From assembly GCA_038231435.1 (NCBI GenBank), contig JBBRLJ010000001.1, forward strand, positions 128,001 through 192,000: DNA of 64,000 bases, in the 5' to 3' direction. The notes under the pieces were generated by a model. It was not told where the DNA came from and made no database searches. It saw nothing but the letters and a program-made list of their open reading frames with translations. Position numbers and translations under genes: made by a program. The DNA comes from Planctomycetota bacterium (GTDB taxonomy: Bacteria > Planctomycetota > UBA11346). This document shows positions 46,601 to 53,865 of this stretch, one piece after another. Each line of letters starts with the position of its first letter. The first letter of the stretch is position 1.

Positions 46601-47423
46601 CCAGGCCCACGGCCATGCGGAAGCGCGCGTGCAGGTCGATGGTCGCGAGATCCTGGTTCTTCAGCGCGGGCTCGAGCGGCGGCAGGAAATGGCCGGCCTC
46701 GATGACGTGGTCTGAGGCCAGCAGCAGCGCCGCTGCGCGACCGCGCTTCTCCGGGCTCTGCCCGCCGAAGTGCTCGGTGCCGACTTCGAGCTGGGCGACC
46801 AGGCTGCCGCTCGCGCTCACCAGCGTGAGCGCGTTGCGCAGCAGATTGCCAAGCACCTGCAGCCGCTGGTCGGTGATCTCGCCAGGAGCGCATTCGCCCA
46901 AGGCGATGACGTCGGCGGGAAGCAGGACGGCGTTCTGGCACAGCTCGCCGAGCATGTGGTCGTAGACCTTGCCCTGGTCGTCGGCCGGCAGCGACGCGAT
47001 CACCTCGTGGACCCGGTCCCAGGCGCCCGCCTGCACAGTGATGACGAAGCGCTCGACGCGATCCTGGAGCGGATCCTTCGCGGGCTTGCGCGCGACACCG
47101 TCGGATGCCATCGCCACCAGCGCCATCGCCGGCATGCGCGGCAGCTTGACCTGCGTCAGCATCTGCAATAGCTGCTTCGCGGCGAGTTCGGCGGGCGTCG
47201 GCGGGGTCTGCGCCGGGGCGGTGTCGGCCTGCGGAGCATCATCTGATTCCTCCATCGCGGACAGGCTCGCGACCGGCGACGACAGGGCGATGGCGATCAG
47301 GCAGCCCACGCAGGCGTGGAGACGGATGACGCTGGGAATGCGCCCGGGCTTTTTGCCGGTGATGCGTCCGGTGATGCGTCCGGTGATGCTGAACGTGATG
47401 CTGCTCGCGGCGCGCTGGATCAT
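43683..47423 (-). CDS. Large exported, C-terminally anchored protein of the MoxR/VWA operon (BatD-like position)
   Basis: About 1246 aa; signal-like N-terminus, helical repeats, beta-rich C-terminal part, TM near the end; start inferred. Confidence 0.65.
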   Translation of the reverse strand: MIQRAASSITFSITGRITGRITGKKPGRIPSVIRLHACVGCLIAIALSSPVASLSAMEESDDAPQADTAPAQTPPTPAELAAKQLLQMLTQVKLPRMPAMALVAMASDGVARKPAKDPLQDRVERFVITVQAGAWDRVHEVIASLPADDQGKVYDHMLGELCQNAVLLPADVIALGECAPGEITDQRLQVLGNLLRNALTLVSASGSLVAQLEVGTEHFGGQSPEKRGRAAALLLASDHVIEAGHFLPPLEPALKNQDLATIDLHARFRMAVGLAQKDPEQLRSAWDLTQAMLAHLSDADPEQSALRMSGIKRCLDLLANLPEGVGNAWLMEVFGGKPSQGRLLLAAVAAQVEALAESPDVMARIQALGTQARVVNGLLAAAALDTERWRPALNLLALGWLREAEGSIGATVNQMGDEYDQGQGFSRATPVRSTMRRGGRRIMRSNSYSYANQGGNGNDDHPPIPAVELLTLAPSAGWLANLDVALAQRLRSIIGGMVGRSGEYDQALALIAKLAPDEQQRAFELAKDLLQVWAQGRGGGNRYGMGTNGSYGGGRSYFYAGSAIPLTRARQARDLTELAKLLGEFRKLPLPPLPPELQVQAFSACHSPAEVFRAEDITAVFGDVRDLPPVASVNIVSAMRSSLAGRWRKPEVQQQAGTKRTDAETVAEVRRGYRLADQLIESALVKAPDHWRLLSGQGAILFDEAEFAYGQKVPLAEYTGLRDRAFAAFARAAASYAAGLATSDEDPSADAYVQWFQSALGASDMGYLTRQQEADVDQVGKVRAAIVALPAKAADQHLALFGAEIEMRMRSIAPELKPRYLRNALRVLGDHKSGAKARQLLSSYDDLLGEIGLSLAVDGDSTVGEHAFGIRVALRYSDALGRESGGFNRYLQNQVYTQNGEEVNYRNDFEKRLRDTLGERFEIISLAWSQPDIAPRGFGKEGWRETPLAYIAMKAKDASVDRLPSVPIDLDFADGQGQVVLPVSSAVAIIDARAHNAPTRPCRDLKITQTLDTRELAKGEASIEIQADGKGILPEPDRLLDLEVPGFTRVKIDDQGLVVTAIDPASPDAAALCQRRFQAHYQRRSGDATAEFRFPVARIAGTEAVYKRYVDADIVDAIANVPLDLGAIPRERWSRVVAAAVAVVGLASLWWWLRQSRRPVVASGPRHARPGKLTPFTVLSLLKRIDGDASLGLAERQREELRARIAELDRRFFASAEGTVGDGDAWESEAERWLTLANGAGRDAQV

Positions 47424-47476
47424 GGTCTTCCTGAGGGAGTCGTGGTTGGCGGGGCGGCCGGGTCCGAGGCGGATAG

Positions 47477-48346
47477 TCACGAACCATCCCCGTTGCTGCG
47501 GGCCTGCTGGCCAGCGGCGTTGGTCTGCTGCTTGATCTGCTCGCGAGCATCCTCGTCCTTCTTCTGCTGCTGCTGCGGGTTCGGCTTGTGGCCGTGACTC
47601 TCGCGCTGTTGACGACGGCGCTGGCTGAGGTTCTTGCTGTTGCACTTGCAGTTCGACGGCAAAGGCAGGCCCTGGAGCTCGCTGAGGTCCATGCGCTCGA
47701 GGCGCACGGTCGCTTCCAGATTCCTGCTCGCCGGGTCGGCCAGCGCGCCACCATCCTCGGCCAGCATGCGGAACTGCTGGCGCGCCTGCTCGGCATCGGG
47801 CTTCCATTCGTCGGGGCTCGCCCCCTCGAGGCGCATCAGCCACGCTGCCGCGTAGGACGCCGAGGCGAGTTCATGTCGGGCCTCGCGCGCGATCGCTTGC
47901 CGTGCGGGATCCGCGCTCGTCCCTTGGGACGATGCAGGCGAACCGCCATCCGACGAACTGGAGGACAAGCCGTCGACCAAGCTGTCGAGCTGGACGATGC
48001 CTTCCAGCAGTTCGCCCTGGTGGATGCGCGCGCGCGCCTGGTCGAGGGTGAGCGCGGCCACGGCCGGGGACAGGGCCCGGGGGTTCGCTGGTGCCCCCAC
48101 GGATCCAGCCGTGCTGCCGTCATGATCGGGGGCAGCGTCCGGAGCCTCGGCCTGAGCGAGCGTCGCCAGCGCCTCGCCGGCGGCCGTGGCGGCGGTTGCC
48201 CAATCGCCCTCCGCCGCCGCCGCGTGCGAGCGCTCGCGCTGCGCCGCCGCGCGGTCCATCAACAATTGGCGCTGGCCACCGCCGAGATGCCACGCGAGCA
48301 GCAGGGCGGGAGCGATCAGCCAGAGGAGCAGCAAGCATCTACGCAT
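47477..48346 (-). CDS. Hypothetical TPR-like protein (BatC-like position)
   Basis: N-terminal TM, helical body, CKC motif and Gln/Lys-rich tail; start overlaps the upstream stop. Confidence 0.6.
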   Translation of the reverse strand: MRRCLLLLWLIAPALLLAWHLGGGQRQLLMDRAAAQRERSHAAAAEGDWATAATAAGEALATLAQAEAPDAAPDHDGSTAGSVGAPANPRALSPAVAALTLDQARARIHQGELLEGIVQLDSLVDGLSSSSSDGGSPASSQGTSADPARQAIAREARHELASASYAAAWLMRLEGASPDEWKPDAEQARQQFRMLAEDGGALADPASRNLEATVRLERMDLSELQGLPLPSNCKCNSKNLSQRRRQQRESHGHKPNPQQQQKKDEDAREQIKQQTNAAGQQARSNGDGS

Positions 48347-49355
48347 GGGTGGTCCTCGTGCCCTGGATGAAGCGCGCCGGCGCATCGGCGGCGGAATGGG
48401 GGCGGCTACGCGAGGGCCACGTGCTTCCCCACATGATCAGCGCCAGCGGCAGCACGGCTTCCACCGTAGCGCCCACGCCCAACGCCCACAGCGACCACCA
48501 GGCGAGTCCGGTGCGCAGCGGCTGGGCGGGCGCCACGGCGAATCCCGCGAGCTCGCTGCTGGGCAGATGGCGTGCATTGCCGTCGTGATACCGGCCGTGC
48601 AGCCGCGACGCGAGCTGGCGCAGCGACGCCGCGTCCTGGTGCGAGGCGTGGTCGGCGATCATGGTGCCGCGCGCGCAATCGCCGACGCCGATCACCATGG
48701 TGCTGGTGAACGCCGGCGGCAGGACCGGGGCGGCGGTCGCGGGCAAGGTGTCGCCGTCGCTCACCAGCATGAACGCGGCGGATCCCGGCCGCCAGGTCTT
48801 GGCGATCTCGGCGGCGCAGGCGACGCCATCGTACATGCGCGTCTTGCCGACCTCGAATGCGTATTCGAGCGGCAGATCGGCGAGCACGTTGCCCACCACC
48901 TCGGGATCGATGGTATCGACGACCACCGGCTTGGCGCCGCTATAGAAGGCGATGACGCTCACCAGCAGGTGACCACGATCGAGGCGCTCGAGAGCGGAGC
49001 GCACCAGGTCGCGGGCGCGTTCTCCACGCGTCTGGGCGCCGTCAGCGCCCGCGTCCGTGATGGTCATGCTCGGCGAGACGTCGAGCGCGATCACCAGATG
49101 CCGGGGCTCACCGCCGCGCGCCGCGCTCTCGCGCGGGTCCTCGTTCAGCAGGATCGCCAGGGCCCAGGCGATGGCGGTCGCGGCCACGACGCGGGCCGGC
49201 GCGGCCAGCGCCACCCAGGCGCGCGGACGCGCCGACGCGCCGAACGCCAAGCCGGCGATCCGCCGCACGCGCGCAGCGTGCATCCGCTCGGCGACCAGCG
49301 CGAGCAGGAACGCCGCCACGGCGACCAGGGTCGCGAACGTGAGCGGGCTCACCAT
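48339..49355 (-). CDS. VWA domain membrane protein (BatB-like)
   Basis: MIDAS LDVSPSM, SDGD, IGVG; ATG overlaps the upstream stop. Confidence 0.85.
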   Translation of the reverse strand: MVSPLTFATLVAVAAFLLALVAERMHAARVRRIAGLAFGASARPRAWVALAAPARVVAATAIAWALAILLNEDPRESAARGGEPRHLVIALDVSPSMTITDAGADGAQTRGERARDLVRSALERLDRGHLLVSVIAFYSGAKPVVVDTIDPEVVGNVLADLPLEYAFEVGKTRMYDGVACAAEIAKTWRPGSAAFMLVSDGDTLPATAAPVLPPAFTSTMVIGVGDCARGTMIADHASHQDAASLRQLASRLHGRYHDGNARHLPSSELAGFAVAPAQPLRTGLAWWSLWALGVGATVEAVLPLALIMWGSTWPSRSRPHSAADAPARFIQGTRTTHA

Positions 49356-50281
49356 GGAGTGAACCTCAACCCGAGCATGGTCAGCGAGCGCAGGCCGATG
49401 AGCGCCAGGCCGGCCGCGGCCCACGGCCAGCGATCGTCCACCGGCCGTGGCGACTTCGGCTTGAGCTTGGCTGGGCGCATCGCGTCGATGTGGCGGAAGC
49501 ACTGCTCGAGCCCGATCGGATCGCCCGCAGGGAAGACCTTGCCGCCGGTGGCGTTGGCGATGGTGTAGACCTCGGGCTGCGGCCCGCCGTCGCCGATGTA
49601 GACCATGAACACGATCACCCCCGCGGCTTTGAGGTCGTGCGAGAGATCCTGGGCGGCGGTGCCACCCAGGTCCGAGCTCTGGCCATCCGAGAGCAGGATG
49701 ATCATGCGGTCGCAGCCGTCGTCGCCCTGGGATTTCAAGGTCCGCAGGCAGGCCCTCAGGCCCTTGGCGATCTCGGTGCCGCCGAATTGCTGGGGCAGGT
49801 GGTCCGGGCGCAGCCACGGCGTGGCCTGGCGGATCGCCGCGCCGTCCTGCGTCAACGGCGTCCAGCGCAGCACCTCGTCGCCGAAGATGGTCAGGCCGAA
49901 GGCGTCGCCGGCGCGACGCGCGGTGAAACCGGCGATCGCCGCCATCGCGGCGTCGTAGCGGGATCCCTCGCCGCCGAACGGCGAGGTCATGCTCCCCGAG
50001 ACATCGAGGCAGAGCTCGATGTTGGTCAGGGCGCGTTCCTGCTCTGGCACGCCGAGGCGCTGGGGCTTGGCCAGCAACACGATCGCGAGCGCGAGCAGCA
50101 GCGCCGGCAAGAGATTGGCCGCGCGCACCATGCGTCCCAGCCAGGCGCCGGCCCCGCGCTCGGCTCCGAGTACGTGATCCATCGGCAGCACCACCGGATG
50201 CCCGCGGCGCCGCCACTCCCACGAGGCGAGCAGGATCGGCAGCGCCAGCAGCGACAGCACCCATGCGTGCGCGAACATCAT
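49349..50281 (-). CDS. VWA domain membrane protein (BatA-like)
   Basis: FAHAWVL N-terminus, LDVSGSM, GTEI, LLSDG, TGGKVF. Confidence 0.88.
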   Translation of the reverse strand: MMFAHAWVLSLLALPILLASWEWRRRGHPVVLPMDHVLGAERGAGAWLGRMVRAANLLPALLLALAIVLLAKPQRLGVPEQERALTNIELCLDVSGSMTSPFGGEGSRYDAAMAAIAGFTARRAGDAFGLTIFGDEVLRWTPLTQDGAAIRQATPWLRPDHLPQQFGGTEIAKGLRACLRTLKSQGDDGCDRMIILLSDGQSSDLGGTAAQDLSHDLKAAGVIVFMVYIGDGGPQPEVYTIANATGGKVFPAGDPIGLEQCFRHIDAMRPAKLKPKSPRPVDDRWPWAAAGLALIGLRSLTMLGLRFTPW

Positions 50282-51123
50282 GGCTCCGCCGCCACGACCG
50301 GAGCCTCGGCAATGGCCGGCGAGGCGCGATATGGAGCGAGCAGCGCATCGACGTCGACCGGTTCCGCCGATCCCGGACGCGCGTGCAGCCAGCGTTCCAC
50401 CTGGCGCAGGAGCGCTCCGGCCTCGCGATCGCAGCGCAGCGCGGCCAGGGCTTCCGCGGGCGGCAATGCGTCGAGCGCCAGCCGGCCGCGCCAATGGCCG
50501 ATCAGCAGACGTTCGAGGCGCGCCTGCTCGCGCGGTGGCATGGCGCCAGAGTGAGCGCGCGCGGCGAGTTCGGACAACTGCTCGGCGAGCGTGGGCTCCA
50601 CCAACGCGCGCGTCGGGGCCACCGGGGCCGCGCGCCGCCGGGCCAGCACCAGCAGCGGCAGGGCCGCCACCCAGGCGATGCCCGCGACCGCGAGCCAGCG
50701 GCGGTAGCCGCCGAGCGGCGGCTCGGCCGCCGCCGGCGCGTCGACCAGATCGTGGCTTTCGCCGGTGATCAGCGAACGCACGCGCACCGGCAGCGCGGGC
50801 AACGCTGGATGCGCGCCATCGGCGCCTATCAGGTAGTCGCGCAGGTCGTAAGTGCCCGGGACCGCGCCGAGGAAGCGCAGATCGTAGCGGGTCGCGCTCT
50901 CGGTGGCGGGCTCGGCGGCGGCGATGCGCACGATCAGCGGCGCGCGGTCGCTCACCGGGACGGCAGACAGGGGCGCGCCGGCGATGATCGCGGTGATGCG
51001 GCCCTCGATTCCCACGCTCGGAGCTGCCGCGCTATCAGCGGACGACGGAGCTGCGTCCGGCTGGGCGGCGTGGGCGCTCGACAGGCCGATGACGCATGCC
51101 GCGACGAGGGCGATGGCTCTCAT
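50278..51123 (-). CDS. Hypothetical exported membrane-anchored protein in the MoxR operon
   Basis: Signal peptide, TM, ATGA overlaps on both sides. Confidence 0.65.
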   Translation of the reverse strand: MRAIALVAACVIGLSSAHAAQPDAAPSSADSAAAPSVGIEGRITAIIAGAPLSAVPVSDRAPLIVRIAAAEPATESATRYDLRFLGAVPGTYDLRDYLIGADGAHPALPALPVRVRSLITGESHDLVDAPAAAEPPLGGYRRWLAVAGIAWVAALPLLVLARRRAAPVAPTRALVEPTLAEQLSELAARAHSGAMPPREQARLERLLIGHWRGRLALDALPPAEALAALRCDREAGALLRQVERWLHARPGSAEPVDVDALLAPYRASPAIAEAPVVAAEP

Positions 51124-51986
51124 CGTGTCCCCCGTGTCCGATCGCGTTCGCGCAGGAAACCACGCACCCTGGCCATGAACGGCTGGTCGGTGGCGAGCTC
51201 GAGATGATCGATACCCGCACCGGCGAGCGCGCGCCCGGCGGCATCGCCGTCGTGCCAACGGCTGCGGCCGTGGGCGACGCGCGCCGAGCCGGTCTCGGCC
51301 TCGCGCGCGTCGATGATTCCGGCGCGCAACGCGCCGCGCTCGGCAGGATCGAGCAGACGCAACACCACCAGATCGTGGGCGAGCGCGATGCGCTTGAGCG
51401 CGGGCACGGCGCCTGGGTCGTGCAGGTCGCTGAGCACGATCACCAGAGTCCGGCACGGCAGCATCTCGCCCAGTTCGCGCAGCCGCTCGGCGAGGCGAGT
51501 GCCTTCGCCAGGCCCGATGTCCCCCGTGCGCAGCCGATGCAGCCACATGAATACCGTGGCCTGCGACATGCTGGGCGCGAAGCGCAGATCGCGCTCGCCG
51601 CCGCCCATCAGGCCTACGGGGCTGGCGCGGCCCAGGCCAGCGAGGGCGAGTCCGCCGGCGAGCTGCGTCATGAGCTCGTACTTGCTGAGCACGCCCGAGC
51701 CGACACGCATCGACGCCGAGGTGTCGGCGACCAGCTGAATGGGCATGCGCTTGAGCGTCTCGTATTCCTTGACGTGGAAACGGCGCGTGCGCGCGGTCAC
51801 CTTCCAATCGATGGCGCGCACGTCGTCGCCGTCGCAGAACGGCCGGCTCTGCGCGTAGTCGATGCCCGCGCCCAGGTACGAGGAGATGTCCGAACCGTGA
51901 TTGAGGCTGTCGGCGAGCCTCCTCACAGCGATCTCGAACGCCCGGGCGTCGAGCGGGCGACGCTCAGACGCGGCCGTGCTGGTCAT
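51120..51986 (-). CDS. DUF58 domain protein
   Basis: GIDYAQSRPF..GDDVRAIDWKVTAR, DTSASM, LSD. Confidence 0.92.
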   Translation of the reverse strand: MTSTAASERRPLDARAFEIAVRRLADSLNHGSDISSYLGAGIDYAQSRPFCDGDDVRAIDWKVTARTRRFHVKEYETLKRMPIQLVADTSASMRVGSGVLSKYELMTQLAGGLALAGLGRASPVGLMGGGERDLRFAPSMSQATVFMWLHRLRTGDIGPGEGTRLAERLRELGEMLPCRTLVIVLSDLHDPGAVPALKRIALAHDLVVLRLLDPAERGALRAGIIDAREAETGSARVAHGRSRWHDGDAAGRALAGAGIDHLELATDQPFMARVRGFLRERDRTRGTR

Positions 51987-53023
51987 CAGCCTGCCCGCTC
52001 GACCAGCTGCCGGAGCACCTGCTGTCCGGTGCGACCGTCGGCCAACGCCTCGTAGTTCAGCCGCAGGCGGTGCAGCAGGGTATCCTCGGCCAGCGCGAAC
52101 AGGTCATCCGGCACCACGTGGTCGCGGCCGTGGATGAAGGCGCGTGCGCGCGAGGCCTGCACCAGGCTGAGGCCGGCGCGCGGGCTGGCCCCGAGCTCGA
52201 TCGACGGATCCTCGCGCGTGCGCCGCACCAATTCGACGCAATGCGCGACGAAGGCCTCGCTGACGTAGACTTGCTGCACCGCGCCCATCGCCGCCACCAG
52301 ATCGTCCATGCCGCAGCTGGCCGCTCCGTCGAGCAGGTCGAAGGCGGTGCGCGGCACCGCACCGCCGTCCTGGCGCTTGAGACCGAGCGCCAGGCTGCGG
52401 CGCAGGATCTCGGCCTCCTCGTCCACCGTCGGATATGCGAGCCGGTGGCAGAGCATGAAGCGATCGAGCTGCGCTTCGGGAAGCTCGAAAGTCCCGGCGT
52501 GCTCGATCGGATTCTGGGTGGCGATCACCAGGAAGGGCGCCGGCAGGGCGTAGGTGGTATTGCCGATCGTGACCTTGCGCTCCTGCATCGCCTCGAGCAG
52601 CGCGCTTTGCACCTTGGGCGCGGCGCGGTTGATCTCGTCGGCGAGCAGCAGGTTGGTGAAGGCCGGACCCTTGCGTACGTGGAAACTCCCGGTCGCCTGG
52701 TCGAGGATCTCGGCACCGACGATGTCGGCTGGCAGCAGATCGATGGTGAACTGCACGCGGTGGAACGACAGGTCGATGGCGCGCGCCACGCAGTTGACCA
52801 GCAGGGTCTTGGCGAGACCCGGCATGCCCTGCAGCAGCAGGTGGCCGCCAGTGAACAGCGCGATGAGGATGCGTTCGACGACCACGTCCTGGCCGACCAC
52901 CACCTTCGCCACCTGGGCGCGGACGCTGGCGATCAGCCGCTGTCCGCGCTCGGCCTCGGCGCTCCTCGGCACGGATCCGACTGGGCCGGCGGCGGTGGCG
53001 TGAGCGGCTGCGGAAATGCTCAT
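51986..53023 (-). CDS. moxR: MoxR family AAA+ ATPase
   Basis: GMPGLAKT, QFTIDLLPADI, LADEINRA, ATQNPIE, LPEAQLDRF, ASPR. Confidence 0.95.
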   Translation of the reverse strand: MSISAAAHATAAGPVGSVPRSAEAERGQRLIASVRAQVAKVVVGQDVVVERILIALFTGGHLLLQGMPGLAKTLLVNCVARAIDLSFHRVQFTIDLLPADIVGAEILDQATGSFHVRKGPAFTNLLLADEINRAAPKVQSALLEAMQERKVTIGNTTYALPAPFLVIATQNPIEHAGTFELPEAQLDRFMLCHRLAYPTVDEEAEILRRSLALGLKRQDGGAVPRTAFDLLDGAASCGMDDLVAAMGAVQQVYVSEAFVAHCVELVRRTREDPSIELGASPRAGLSLVQASRARAFIHGRDHVVPDDLFALAEDTLLHRLRLNYEALADGRTGQQVLRQLVERAG

Positions 53024-53290
53024 GTGGACTCCGATGACGGCTAACGCCACCTGGGGTGATTCGTTCAGGCCCCGACGACACCGGGCTACGGGTGTCTACC
53101 ATGCCCCGACGCGCCCATCCGCACCCAGCCGAGCCAGGCGGACGAGACGGGTGTATAACAGGCCATTGCGTCTCCCGTGTAACAGGAAACGCAATTCAGG
53201 ACATGTCCTCTGGTGCCGGTGCCTCGGATGCCGGTGAAAAAGATGCCGGTTCCCCGGAAGGCCGAAAGGCCAGCCCACGGGCGCCGGCGA

Positions 53291-53497
53291 TCAGTGCTTC
53301 GGCTCTCCGTCCTGCTGGCGCAGGCGTTCGGAACGCTGGGTCTTCAAGCGATCGGAGCGATGCGGATCGGAGGGAGAATTCGCCACCAGCCAGCCGCGAC
53401 GCCAGTTGATCCATTCATCGCTGTCCTGGGCGAAGGGATTGGCGTCCAATCCCGCCCCGTCCTGACGATCCTTCATTCCGTGGGCGAATGGTTCCAT
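53291..53497 (-). CDS. Small protein with an Rmf/CrpP-like motif
   Basis: FAHGMKDRQDGAGLDANPFAQDSDEWINWRRGW fits a G-x6-G-x5-NPF-x9-WxxGW pattern; start inferred. Confidence 0.5.
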   Translation of the reverse strand: MEPFAHGMKDRQDGAGLDANPFAQDSDEWINWRRGWLVANSPSDPHRSDRLKTQRSERLRQQDGEPKH

Positions 53498-53607
53498 AGT
53501 GGTGAGTGTATCCCACGATCCTATGCCGCGCGCGGACGAATTCCCGCTAAGCATATAGAAGGGCAGGGCCTGGGTGGCACGCGGACAGGTATTACCTCTT
53601 CGCCCAC

Positions 53608-53865
53608 TCAGGCATCCGCTTCGAGTTCCACCTTCAGCACGTCGCTGGCCCCGTCCGCCGATCCACGCGGGATCAAGGTGCCATCGCCGAGCACCTGGAA
53701 CACCGCCGGGCGAAAATTCGCGACCCACACCGGGCCGAGCTCCGGGGACAGGCTATGCGGCTGGCCGCCCTTGCGCCAGCGCAGGCGCCGGCCGTCGACG
53801 GTGGTGATCATGACCCGCCAGCGCCGCGGCGCCGTGCCTGGTCCGCTCGTGAGGTCGCCGGTCAT
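53608..53865 (-). CDS. Hypothetical protein (85 aa)
   Basis: ATG overlaps the mprF stop (ATGA); GC-rich third positions. Confidence 0.55.
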   Translation of the reverse strand: MTGDLTSGPGTAPRRWRVMITTVDGRRLRWRKGGQPHSLSPELGPVWVANFRPAVFQVLGDGTLIPRGSADGASDVLKVELEADA

